DNA of 64,000 nucleotides, taken from assembly GCA_020059915.1 (NCBI GenBank), contig JAGVBB010000004.1, positions 2,910-66,909 on the forward strand, given 5' to 3'. Origin of the DNA: Minisyncoccota bacterium (GTDB lineage Bacteria > Patescibacteriota > Minisyncoccia > UBA6257 > GWB1-50-10). Numbering within the stretch: position 1 is the first letter of the stretch; each line of letters opens with the position of its first letter. The position numbers were made by a program, and so were the translations under genes. Positions 1 through 9,328 of this stretch are shown here, piece after piece. The notes under the pieces are model-generated. The model worked only from the letters and a program-made list of their open reading frames with translations, had not been told where the DNA came from and ran no database searches.

Positions 1-1275
1 GAAATTGAAAAACAATACGGAAAGGACTATGTATTCCCTCGTGCATTCAAAACAAAAAGCAAGAGTGCGCAAGAAGCACACGAAGCAATCCGCCCAACAG
101 ACATAAGAAAACATCGCGCGGGAACCACAGAAGATCAATTAAAACTGTATCGATTGATTTGGGAACGTACTATTGCATCACAAATGGCAGATGCAAAAAT
201 AATACGCACAAAACTTTCTGCAAATATTGAAGATAATCCAATTCCTAACTTTTCGGTAAATGGTGCCCGTACTATTTTTGATGGGTGGCTTGCTGCTGAT
301 ATCACGGCACGTGGTGAAGAAATTGAACTCCCACATCTACCAGAAGGAGAACCACTTACACTTGTTTCAATTGAATCAGAAGAAAAAGCGACGGAACCAC
401 CAGCTCGATATACAGAAGCAGGTCTGGTAAAAGAACTAGAAAAAAGAGATATTGGAAGACCATCAACCTATGCCTCAATTATAAAAACACTTGAAGATCG
501 TGGATATGTCGAAAAGGTGAATAAAACCCTCCATCCAACAGATACAGGAGATGTCGTTAGTAGTTTTCTTGAACAATATTTTCCTAAATACGTAAGTGAC
601 TCATTTACTGCAGAAATGGAGCAGGAACTTGATGATGTCGCAAATGGAGTAAAAAACTATGAAAAGATTTTAAAGGACTTTTATGGACCATTTACCAAAG
701 ACATAAAATCAAATGATAAAATAGAAAAAATAACAAATCTGGGAGATGCAGAAGCGCATCTTATCTGCCCACTCTGTGATGGACCAATGATTGTAAAACT
801 TGGAAAAACGGGAAAATTTTTGAGTTGTAAACGGTTCCCCGATTGTATGGGCGCAAGAAAAATTGATGGGACAATCATGGAAGGGCCAAAAGAAACAGGA
901 GAAATCTGTCCAAAGTGTGGAAAGGGAAAACTTATTGAACGAGAAGGTCGTTTTGGAAAATTTATCTCGTGTGCCAATTATCCAAAATGTAAATTTATAA
1001 AAACAAGCGAAGAGGAGGAGGCAAAAAAGAAAACTGGCGTTATCTGTACAGAGTGTAAAAAGGGAGAATTAATGGAACGTCGTGGACGATTTGGTTTATT
1101 TTATAGCTGTTCAAATTATCCTGAGTGTAAACTTATCATCAAATCAAAACCAACAGGAAACATTTGTCCTGAATGTGCGTCACTGATGATGGAGGGAACA
1201 AAAACAATCCCAGAACGGTGTTCAAATAAAAAGTGTCCCAATCATAATCCGCATAAAATAAAGAAAGAAAAATAG
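1..1275 (+). CDS. topA: DNA topoisomerase I, 3' portion (5' end lies outside the window), with four C-terminal C4 zinc-ribbon repeats
   Basis: The frame is open from nt 1. The translation EIEKQYGKDYVFPRAFKTKSKSAQEAHEAIRPTD...LYRLIWERTIASQM matches the TopA core. Four CxxC...CxxC zinc ribbons follow. Confidence 0.85.
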   Translation, partial: EIEKQYGKDYVFPRAFKTKSKSAQEAHEAIRPTDIRKHRAGTTEDQLKLYRLIWERTIASQMADAKIIRTKLSANIEDNPIPNFSVNGARTIFDGWLAADITARGEEIELPHLPEGEPLTLVSIESEEKATEPPARYTEAGLVKELEKRDIGRPSTYASIIKTLEDRGYVEKVNKTLHPTDTGDVVSSFLEQYFPKYVSDSFTAEMEQELDDVANGVKNYEKILKDFYGPFTKDIKSNDKIEKITNLGDAEAHLICPLCDGPMIVKLGKTGKFLSCKRFPDCMGARKIDGTIMEGPKETGEICPKCGKGKLIEREGRFGKFISCANYPKCKFIKTSEEEEAKKKTGVICTECKKGELMERRGRFGLFYSCSNYPECKLIIKSKPTGNICPECASLMMEGTKTIPERCSNKKCPNHNPHKIKKEK

Positions 1276-1283
1276 AAAAAACA

Positions 1284-1314
1284 TAAAAAATCCTTATTTT
1301 ATAAGGATTTTTTA
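1284..1314 (+). terminator. Intrinsic terminator after topA
   Basis: 9-bp stem AATCCTTAT / ATAAGGATT with a 3-nt loop, followed by a T-run. Confidence 0.6.
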
Positions 1315-1438
1315 TCCCTCGAAAAAAGCTATAATGATGTAACTATTTTGGAATATCGCGCAGTCCCAGTAGTGGGACGAGCGGAAAGAAATTTTTCAGC
1401 AGAAAAATATTCTGGTTCCAAAATAGTTAGATTATTAA

Positions 1439-2203
1439 TTATGCTGTCAAAACCTCATATCCCTTCTCCGTTATCGCTACAGTATGTTCAAAATGTGCAC
1501 TCAAGCTCCCATCTTTTGTTACAAAACTGTCATCTTTTTTTAAAGTAGCTAATGCACTCCCCAAAGAAAACATTGGTTCAATTGCAATAACTAATCCTGA
1601 TACTAATTTCATTCCCGTTCCCCTCTTCCCCCTATTAAAAACACTTGGGTCTTCATGAAGTTCAAATCCAACTCCATGTCCCGTGAGTCCCTCGATAACT
1701 GACATGCCTGATTTTTTTGCAACCGATTCAACAGCAAAACCAATGTCACCCAATGTGTTTCCAGGAACACATTCGGAAATTGCCTTTTGTAAAGACATCT
1801 GAGTGGCAACAAGAAGTTCTTTTGCTTCTTGTGAAATCTTTCCGATTGGCACGGTAATTGCTCCATCGGTGATATATCCCTTAAATGTAACACCAAGATC
1901 AACCGAAAGAATATCTCCATCCTTTAGCTGATAATTACCCGGTATTCCATGAACAATAGTTTCATTCACTGATGCACAAATTGATGCCGGATATGGTTTG
2001 TTGAGTCCCTCCGGCGTATATCCAAGAAATGTCGGAACACCCCCCTCTTCAAGAATATGTACACGTGCCAAGTCATCAAGATACTTCAACCGAACTCCTG
2101 CTTTTGCTTCCCCCGCAAGTAATTGAAGTGTACGAGAAAGAATCTTCCCCGATATACGAAGAAATTCCAGATCCTTTTTGGTTTTTAATCGAATTGAATC
2201 CAT
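1439..2203 (-). CDS. map: Methionine aminopeptidase, type I
   Basis: Full-length MetAP-I fold with metal-ligand residues (DGDILSVD, HGVG, IEPM). Confidence 0.85.
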   Translation of the reverse strand: MDSIRLKTKKDLEFLRISGKILSRTLQLLAGEAKAGVRLKYLDDLARVHILEEGGVPTFLGYTPEGLNKPYPASICASVNETIVHGIPGNYQLKDGDILSVDLGVTFKGYITDGAITVPIGKISQEAKELLVATQMSLQKAISECVPGNTLGDIGFAVESVAKKSGMSVIEGLTGHGVGFELHEDPSVFNRGKRGTGMKLVSGLVIAIEPMFSLGSALATLKKDDSFVTKDGSLSAHFEHTVAITEKGYEVLTA

Positions 2204-2883
2204 TATCTGAGTTTCAATGTTCTCTCAACTGATTTAAAAATTTCAAACGGAAGTTTTTCTGCCTTAATTGTTTTCACTGTATATCCTCGTTTTTTTAATT
2301 CTTTAATAATGGGGAACGTCCGTGTTTTATATTGTACTAAACGATCTTTAATAATTTCTGGCTTATCAAGCGTTCTCGTTCTCATAGATCCACCACACAA
2401 ACCACAATGATTCGTTTTTGCAGATTCCAAAAGTGGAAGTCCACATACGGAACAAACTTTTCTATTGCTATTTCTAAATATTGAAACTGACCCTGCCACA
2501 GTAAACAAAATAATACTCACATTTCCCTTTCCAAAATGTTTTTCCAAACTATCAAACAATCCTTTTGTCTTGTGATCTCCAAACGCCTCAAATAATGTCC
2601 GTGGCGCTCCCGAAAATACTAGATTGAATCCCGACTTTGCAACACGAACTGCCTCATCACGAGTAACTTTCAAAACCCAATCCGGGGTACACAAAATTCC
2701 TGTATCAAAATTTTTTCGCTCTCGCATCAAGATGGGATCTTTTTTTGCCTCATCTGAATGCACTAATGCTTCAATGTAGCGCCCTGAATCAAAATGAATG
2801 AAATCATATTTCCGCACCAAAAGTTCCGCCTGTGTTCCTTTTCCCGAACCTGGTGGTCCATATAAAATTACAACTCTAGACAT
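2203..2883 (-). CDS. adk: Adenylate kinase with zinc-binding lid
   Basis: Starts MSRVVILYGPPGSGKGTQ (P-loop). The lid carries a CSVCG...CGLCGG zinc knuckle. The ORF track extends 19 codons further upstream to 2940. I chose the conserved start at 2883. Confidence 0.85.
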   Translation of the reverse strand: MSRVVILYGPPGSGKGTQAELLVRKYDFIHFDSGRYIEALVHSDEAKKDPILMRERKNFDTGILCTPDWVLKVTRDEAVRVAKSGFNLVFSGAPRTLFEAFGDHKTKGLFDSLEKHFGKGNVSIILFTVAGSVSIFRNSNRKVCSVCGLPLLESAKTNHCGLCGGSMRTRTLDKPEIIKDRLVQYKTRTFPIIKELKKRGYTVKTIKAEKLPFEIFKSVERTLKLR

Positions 2884-3001
2884 ATGTCTATTATAACAAG
2901 CAAAGCGAGGAAAATGTAAGGGAATACATTTTCCGAGCACGCGAAGTTACAAGCGAAGCGCCATAAACGCGAAAATTAAAAACTCAAAGAGATAACACCT
3001 C

Positions 3002-3877
3002 CTACATTCTAAAAAATAATCTCACTCTTTTTTCAACAACATCCTCAATAGCGTTTAATAATTCCGGCATTATTTTTGACGGAGCAATTTCCATGGGATG
3101 TTCGCGCAAAACCGCTTCAAGCTTCGTTCTCCAAACATATCTAAGTTCTGTTGAAATATGAATGATAGACACTCCCGCATTAATTGCTGCAATAAAATCG
3201 TCATCAGAAACACCAGAACCACCATGTAATACAAGTGATGCAGATATCTCATGTTTCATACTTTTAATGCGTTCACTATCGATATGAGGATTTTTCATAT
3301 TCGCATACATACCATGAACATTCCCTACTGCGGGAGCAAGTAGATCAACACCAGTTTCAAGAACAAATCGTTTTGCGCTCTCCACAGAAGTAAGTTGGTC
3401 GGGACCAATTTCTGCACCATCAGGAATTTTTTCAAAAATTTGTGAAGATGAACCGATATATCCAAGCTCACCCTCAATGACAATATCTGGATTTATAGAT
3501 CGAGCGACACGTACTGCCTCTTTGGTGAGTCTTATGTTTTCTTCTATAGGAAGTTTGCCCCCATCAAAAAGCACTGCATCAAAACCTGCCCGTACCGCTT
3601 CTTCTATTTTTTCCAACGAATGCGTGTGATCTGCGTTGAGATATAAATGAAATCCACCTTCCTTTCCATAAATTTTATTGTAACTTGCTACAAAATCGGC
3701 AACATGCTGTGTTCCCAAATATTCACGTTCGCCCTCAGAAACACCAATAATTAATGGGACATTGAGTTTAATACCGACATTAGCAATCGCCTTGAGTTGC
3801 TCAAGATTCCCGATATTAAAATGCCCAATCGCGATCTTCTTTTGTTCTGCCTCTTTTATATATTCAATAAATTTCAT
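3002..3877 (-). CDS. fba: Class II fructose-/tagatose-bisphosphate aldolase
   Basis: GHFN, LYLNADH, DG and HGGSG motifs typical of class II FBA. Confidence 0.8.
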   Translation of the reverse strand: MKFIEYIKEAEQKKIAIGHFNIGNLEQLKAIANVGIKLNVPLIIGVSEGEREYLGTQHVADFVASYNKIYGKEGGFHLYLNADHTHSLEKIEEAVRAGFDAVLFDGGKLPIEENIRLTKEAVRVARSINPDIVIEGELGYIGSSSQIFEKIPDGAEIGPDQLTSVESAKRFVLETGVDLLAPAVGNVHGMYANMKNPHIDSERIKSMKHEISASLVLHGGSGVSDDDFIAAINAGVSIIHISTELRYVWRTKLEAVLREHPMEIAPSKIMPELLNAIEDVVEKRVRLFFRM

Positions 3878-3882
3878 AATAA

Positions 3883-5136
3883 TTAAATTTCAAAATATCC
3901 TCTTAATAAATTTCTTCTTGCATATTTTTCAAGTTCATCAACAGAAAAATATTCAATAAATATTTTATTCCAAAGTGCTTCTTGTTGGTGGTATAAGTAC
4001 TTGATCATCTCTTTTTGTTTTATCAAGCTCATTACTGTGTCTACCAAATCAAAGCTGACTAATACCTCACTTCCAACATCATCTCTGAAATAATTACCAA
4101 CCCAATCGAAATCCTTCCAAAAATGAAGTTCTTTTCCAGAATATCCAAGTGCCACCCCCAATTTTGAAAGATCTTCCTCGGCGCGGAGCCAGTGTAATGC
4201 CTCTGGGTTAATTCGAGGGACAAACAATCTCCAATCATTTTCATCATCTTTTGCTAAATATCTCTGTACAACGAGAAAACGCATCTTTTCGTCTACTACA
4301 AGTTTTTGATCAAATACATCTCCCCGTAATAAGGAAAGTAAATTATGCGCAAACGTCTTTGGTTCCTTGGTAAGTTCCTTAACAATTTCCGAATAAAAAG
4401 GAATTTCATGAGTATAATGAAACACCAAACTGAATGTGCGCAATGTTTCTCCCGAAATACCCAAAGAAATTGGTATAACAAATATAGAACCAAACTCTTT
4501 CAAGTGACTCACATTATGCCACTTCTTTTCAACAAAATTACGGGCATATGTCCCCCATTTTTCTGATAATACTCTAATTTCCACAGGACGTTCTTCAAAG
4601 TCGTCAGGAGTGAGAACCTCATACTGTCTAAAGAAGCGCTCATTAAGCCACTCACTTCCCTCAATAAATCGAAGCGCACTCATGATCTCAAACAAATCCT
4701 CCTTTTGAACCAGGTCTATAGGATTGTCATACCCTAAAAATTCCATAACTTTTCGAGGTGGTTCATTATATAAAAACTGTGTAAGTTTTTCCTTTTTGAT
4801 AAAATATCCTTTCGGTATATCCGCAACCTCTTTTACCTTTTCAACTATTGATATGAAATCTGTTCCAGAATTGTCTCCATTGATAGCTTTTTTTAAATCT
4901 GCATCATGATCTTCAACGGTTCGTATAAGTGAATCAAAAACATCCTTTGCTCGTGCATTCCTTGAAAGACCAAATTTTTTTAATCGTTCATCAATCTTTT
5001 CCTCATTCAAAAACATGATTTTTGAAAGGACTCCTCGTTTCCCGGTACGATGTTCTAAATGTTTTTCGAGTGCAATAATATCGTCTTTGTCACAACGCAA
5101 AATACGTGCAATGGTATCGTAAGCTTTATGTTCCAT
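3883..5136 (-). CDS. Hypothetical protein (417 aa), no recognisable family
   Basis: Long intact ORF with strong periodic coding signal, packed between fba and a pfkB-family kinase. Confidence 0.5.
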   Translation of the reverse strand: MEHKAYDTIARILRCDKDDIIALEKHLEHRTGKRGVLSKIMFLNEEKIDERLKKFGLSRNARAKDVFDSLIRTVEDHDADLKKAINGDNSGTDFISIVEKVKEVADIPKGYFIKKEKLTQFLYNEPPRKVMEFLGYDNPIDLVQKEDLFEIMSALRFIEGSEWLNERFFRQYEVLTPDDFEERPVEIRVLSEKWGTYARNFVEKKWHNVSHLKEFGSIFVIPISLGISGETLRTFSLVFHYTHEIPFYSEIVKELTKEPKTFAHNLLSLLRGDVFDQKLVVDEKMRFLVVQRYLAKDDENDWRLFVPRINPEALHWLRAEEDLSKLGVALGYSGKELHFWKDFDWVGNYFRDDVGSEVLVSFDLVDTVMSLIKQKEMIKYLYHQQEALWNKIFIEYFSVDELEKYARRNLLRGYFEI

Positions 5137-5138
5137 GA

Positions 5139-6140
5139 TTATGAATGCAATGAATCAACGTCCATATCGACATAATTCCATCGTGGCGAAGAAAAATCTT
5201 TTTTTGAAAGAATGCCATCTTGTGCTCCAAGATGTTCTACCACCGAGGTTGCATTTGCTGATGCCAAACGAAGTGCATAGCCAATATCATTTTTTTGAAT
5301 AAACCCAGCAACAAACCCAGCACCAAAAGCATCTCCTGCACCAGTACGATCAACGAGCTTCTTCTCTTTACACGGCAATGATTTGTACATCATGCGACCG
5401 TCGGAAACAAACGCACCACGGGGGCCATCTGTTAACACAGCAATTCCTGGAATCATCGCATCAAATGCCTTGAATATTTCTTTCATTTTTTCATAGGACT
5501 TATCGGTGATTTTTGCACCTTCTTCTCGATTTGCAATCACTATATCTGCATATCTGCAAATATTCTTAAGTGCACTCATCTCGTTCTTGATATAGTGTCC
5601 GGATGGATTGAATGCAATATTGGTATGCTCTTTTTTTAGTTTTTTTACCAAATTCAAAATTACTGTTGGAGAAATTTGTCCGGGAGCAATATACCACCAC
5701 TTTGCTTTTACTGCAGGAATATCTTTTGCAGAAAAATCTGTCGAAGCACCTCGCGATACGAGAATTGTTCGTTCGCCCGTTGGAGACAAAAGTATAACAG
5801 AAGTATCTAATTGTTTTTTTGAGTATGTTTTAGTAAGAAATTTAATTTTTTCTTTCTTTAAACGCTCTTGTACGAACTTTGTATTCAGATCCATCCCAAT
5901 TTTTCCAACAAATCCAACCTGAAACCCCTGACGTGCAAACGTAACCCCAGCATTTGTAGCATCACCACCAACAAACTGCGAAAGGGCATCAACATACAGC
6001 TTTGATCCTAAAGAAAAGCACTCAGCATTTCCTGTAGGAAATTCTTTTTTGGGAAGACTGGGATTGTGAAATGGTTTGAATAGATTGCTTTCTAAAAATA
6101 AATCAACAGTAATTGTTCCCAAGGTTATCACATCGAGCAT
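5139..6140 (-). CDS. pfkB-family carbohydrate kinase (ribokinase-like)
   Basis: C-terminal DRTGAGDAFGAGF anion-hole motif and an N-terminal GG dipeptide region. Confidence 0.75.
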   Translation of the reverse strand: MLDVITLGTITVDLFLESNLFKPFHNPSLPKKEFPTGNAECFSLGSKLYVDALSQFVGGDATNAGVTFARQGFQVGFVGKIGMDLNTKFVQERLKKEKIKFLTKTYSKKQLDTSVILLSPTGERTILVSRGASTDFSAKDIPAVKAKWWYIAPGQISPTVILNLVKKLKKEHTNIAFNPSGHYIKNEMSALKNICRYADIVIANREEGAKITDKSYEKMKEIFKAFDAMIPGIAVLTDGPRGAFVSDGRMMYKSLPCKEKKLVDRTGAGDAFGAGFVAGFIQKNDIGYALRLASANATSVVEHLGAQDGILSKKDFSSPRWNYVDMDVDSLHS

Positions 6141-6297
6141 ATATAAACAGTATATAGGGTTTTCAGTATAGGGTATAGGTTCTAGGGGGTTAGCGACTCG
6201 AACATCAAGAAAACCTTGGTTTTATGCGGGTTTTTACTCTTGCCAAATAATAGAAAATATGATAAAATATTCCTATCATTAACAATTTGAGGTAATC

Positions 6298-6792
6298 ATG
6301 AACTGCGACAAAGATTCTTTAGTAGAAGGATCATTTGAAGTATTTTTTTGGATAATCTTTAGTATAATTTGGGTGATTCTCAGTATCATTGTTATGGGAA
6401 TATATCAGTATCTCGCTGGAGATAATGTGTTTCCATTAACAGAATCAAGTATTTTCTTTGGTACACCAATTGCAATTTTAGCATTTATAACGATAGTTAT
6501 GAAAAAATTGGCAAAAAGCCCTTCTCCACACATGTTTCAGGGCGCTTATAAAAAAACGGCAAGAGTTCTTTCTTTTATTTTGATGTGGGTATTTCTTCCA
6601 ATAATACTGAATTTATTTTCGATATTCACAAAATTTCTAGGCCTCACCTACTTATCAAATTTATTATTCGGTCTACGATACAGATCTTTGTTTCTATTAC
6701 CAATAATTATAGTTTTCTATTTTATAGCAAAACATTGTATAAAAAAGAAATTTCCTAATTTTCTACGAAACAATAAAAAAACGGATGGATAA
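6298..6792 (+). CDS. Hypothetical integral membrane protein
   Basis: Multiple hydrophobic segments, no recognisable family. Confidence 0.45.
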   Translation: MNCDKDSLVEGSFEVFFWIIFSIIWVILSIIVMGIYQYLAGDNVFPLTESSIFFGTPIAILAFITIVMKKLAKSPSPHMFQGAYKKTARVLSFILMWVFLPIILNLFSIFTKFLGLTYLSNLLFGLRYRSLFLLPIIIVFYFIAKHCIKKKFPNFLRNNKKTDG

Positions 6793-7075
6793 AATGAAAT
6801 ATCTTTTAACACTTTTATTTATTGGATTATTTCTGGTCGCTGTAAAAACTCTACTCTGCCCAGATAATAGAGATATGGGAAGGCGACAATGGATTGTTGT
6901 TAAGGAAATAGAAGACAATAATCTGACGGCAAAAATACTGACCACAAAAGAACTTTTTACTATTCAAACGGATTTACCAGAAAATCTTTTAATCAATTTT
7001 AAAAATTGCAGCACAAAAGATTTTCAAATTGGAGATACTATTATGTTTGTAAAGTTAAGAGCACCCGCCAAATAG
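6785..7075 (+). CDS. Hypothetical small secreted or membrane-anchored protein
   Basis: N-terminal hydrophobic signal-like segment. The stop codon lies inside the terminator loop. Confidence 0.4.
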   Translation: MDKMKYLLTLLFIGLFLVAVKTLLCPDNRDMGRRQWIVVKEIEDNNLTAKILTTKELFTIQTDLPENLLINFKNCSTKDFQIGDTIMFVKLRAPAK

Positions 7076-7089
7076 GCGGGATTTTTATT
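7064..7089 (+). terminator. Intrinsic terminator
   Basis: CCCGCC - AAATA - GGCGGG stem-loop followed by a T-run. Confidence 0.6.
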
Positions 7090-7167
7090 AAAAATAAATA
7101 AAGCTAAAAAGAGACTAGATCTCAAAAGTCTCTTTTTGGTTTTGTTTATCTTTTAAAACCCAATCCC

Positions 7168-8157
7168 CTAAACCCTAGTCACTACCTTTTTCACCGCCTC
7201 CTTTATGTCCTTTATCCCCAGCCCATATTTTTCAAAAAGTTCGTTTGGCTTTCCCGATTCTCCGAATGAGTCTCTGACCCCTACAAACTCTTGTGGTACT
7301 GGATAATTCATCGCAAGCACTTCAGCAACAGCGCTCCCCAATCCACCCGCTATTTGATGCTCTTCCGCGGTGACCACGCATTTTGTCTTCTTCGCGTACG
7401 AAATAATCGTTTTTGAATCAATAGGTTTTATTGTGTGCATATTTATTACTATCGACCCAATCCCCTCCTTCTCTAATTCTTCCGCTGCAAATAACGATTG
7501 TGCCACCATAGTGCCACATGCAATAATGGTAACTTTTGGTTTTTTTGATTCCCACAAAACATCTGCCTTTCCTGGAATAAATGGAGTTTCCTCGGTAGTG
7601 ATAAGTGGAGATGGATCACGTGCAAGACGAATATATCCACCACCAGAAATATGTATCATCGCCTTTGTTGCCTTTTTTGCCTCAATTGAATCACAAGGAA
7701 CAAATACAGTCATATGGGGAAGCACTCGCATCATTGCAATATCTTCAAGCGCCTGGTGTGTTGCACCATCAGGACCGGTCATAAGTCCCGCATGATGCCC
7801 TGCAATATTTACATTGACATTGTTATAACAAACTGTGGTACGTATCTGTTCCCAATTTCTTCCCGGAGAAAAAACCGCATATGAGGTAACAAAAGGAATC
7901 TTTCCCGAAACCGCAAGCCCAGCAGCAATCGTTACCATATTTTGTTCTGCAACTCCAACTTCAAAAAATCGTTCCGGAAATTGTTTTGCAAATTCATCAA
8001 CTCGAGTTGATTCTTTTAAGTCCGCGGTGAGTGCTACCACACGTTCATTCTCTTTTCCTAATTCTACTAACGCATCACCAAATCCATCTCGGATAGGAGC
8101 CATATCTGGAGCCTGAGAAAATAATTTGGTATTTAGTTTTTGGTTCTCATTTATCAT
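7168..8157 (-). CDS. Transketolase, C-terminal (pyrimidine-binding) subunit
   Basis: Matches the transketolase Pyr and C-terminal domains (FEVGVAEQNMV, GPDGATHQ). Confidence 0.85.
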   Translation of the reverse strand: MINENQKLNTKLFSQAPDMAPIRDGFGDALVELGKENERVVALTADLKESTRVDEFAKQFPERFFEVGVAEQNMVTIAAGLAVSGKIPFVTSYAVFSPGRNWEQIRTTVCYNNVNVNIAGHHAGLMTGPDGATHQALEDIAMMRVLPHMTVFVPCDSIEAKKATKAMIHISGGGYIRLARDPSPLITTEETPFIPGKADVLWESKKPKVTIIACGTMVAQSLFAAEELEKEGIGSIVINMHTIKPIDSKTIISYAKKTKCVVTAEEHQIAGGLGSAVAEVLAMNYPVPQEFVGVRDSFGESGKPNELFEKYGLGIKDIKEAVKKVVTRV

Positions 8158-8277
8158 AAAATCTAATATCTAATCCCTAAATCCTAAACAATATCAAATG
8201 TTCTAAATTCTAAACTTTTTTAATATTCGAATTTTGTATTTGTTTAGAGTTTAGTATTTAGTGCTTAGAGTTTTTTA

Positions 8278-9132
8278 TTATTCGTGTGAAATTTTATTCC
8301 CAAGCGACCTAATCTCATGGATTGCTTCCTCTGCCTCTTTCTTATTGGGGACCTTTCCATGCCATGTATAATTTTTTTCCATAAACTGAACTCCTTTACC
8401 TGGAATTGTATGTGCAATAATTACTGTTGGTTTTTCAAACACCGATTGTGCCTCAAGTACTGCATAAATAAATTCTTCAATATTGTGTCCGTTTACATCA
8501 ATAACATTCCAACCAAATGCCTCGTATTTTTTTCTCAGTGACTCAAGCGGCATCACGTCTTCTGTAAATCCATCAATCTGAATATTGTTCCTATCAATGA
8601 TAGTAGTTAGATTTGATAGCTTCTTTTTTCCTGCAAACATAACTGCCTCCCACGTATTTCCTTCTTGATGTTCACCATCAGACATAAGGCAGTATATTCT
8701 GTTTTTCTTTTTATCAAGTGACAGCCCCAGTGCCAACCCAATTGATTGTGAAAGCCCAGAACCTAATGGACCAGACGTTGTTTCCACACCAGGGAGCGAT
8801 CCACGATGTGGATGTCCTTGGAGTCGAGAATCTATTTTACGAAGCGTGAGTAGCTCTGTAATGGGGAAATAACCAGCGAGAGCGAGTGAAACATACTGTA
8901 CGGGGCAAATATGTCCATTGGATAGAATTAGATGGTCACGCCCATCCCAAAGAGGTTTTTTTGGATCATGCGTTAAAATGTGAAAATATAATGAAGAAAA
9001 AATATCAGCCATTCCCAGTGGTCCGGCCGAATGCCCCGATCCAGCATGTAATAATGATTCTATAACAAGTTCACGGATGCGATCTGCAACCGTATATAAA
9101 TGTTTAATCTTTTTTTCTGAAAGCAGTTCCAC
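8278..9132 (-). CDS. Transketolase, N-terminal (thiamine diphosphate-binding) subunit
   Basis: GHSAGPLG, HICP, GSGLS and DGE motifs of the TPP-binding half. Confidence 0.85.
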   Translation of the reverse strand: MELLSEKKIKHLYTVADRIRELVIESLLHAGSGHSAGPLGMADIFSSLYFHILTHDPKKPLWDGRDHLILSNGHICPVQYVSLALAGYFPITELLTLRKIDSRLQGHPHRGSLPGVETTSGPLGSGLSQSIGLALGLSLDKKKNRIYCLMSDGEHQEGNTWEAVMFAGKKKLSNLTTIIDRNNIQIDGFTEDVMPLESLRKKYEAFGWNVIDVNGHNIEEFIYAVLEAQSVFEKPTVIIAHTIPGKGVQFMEKNYTWHGKVPNKKEAEEAIHEIRSLGNKISHE

Positions 9133-9300
9133 TCCTTTTATTATAACGCATCATAAGTTAAATGTGTGTATAAAAATGAAAATCCCCTAAACTATGTTTA
9201 GGGTTTAAATCCGTCCCCCACCGTTAACGAAGTATCATAATAACAAAAATTTTAAGATTTTAGTTGCAATTTTGAGATTTGAGTTTTGCGCTTTGACTTT

Positions 9301-9328
9301 AAAAAAAATCCCCTAAGGGGGATTTTTT
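9301..9328 (-). terminator. Intrinsic terminator of secY (bidirectional)
   Basis: AAAAAAAATCCCCTAAGGGGGATTTTTT placed directly after the secY stop. Confidence 0.7.

Noticed and set aside
6195-6230. Possible tRNA suggested by a GTTCGAGTC T-loop-like sequence
   Set aside because: The flanking bases do not form a T-stem or an acceptor stem
7168-9132. Transketolase split into two genes as a sign of pseudogenisation
   Set aside because: Separate N- and C-terminal transketolase subunit genes are a known natural arrangement in many bacteria and archaea. Both ORFs are intact with all motifs.
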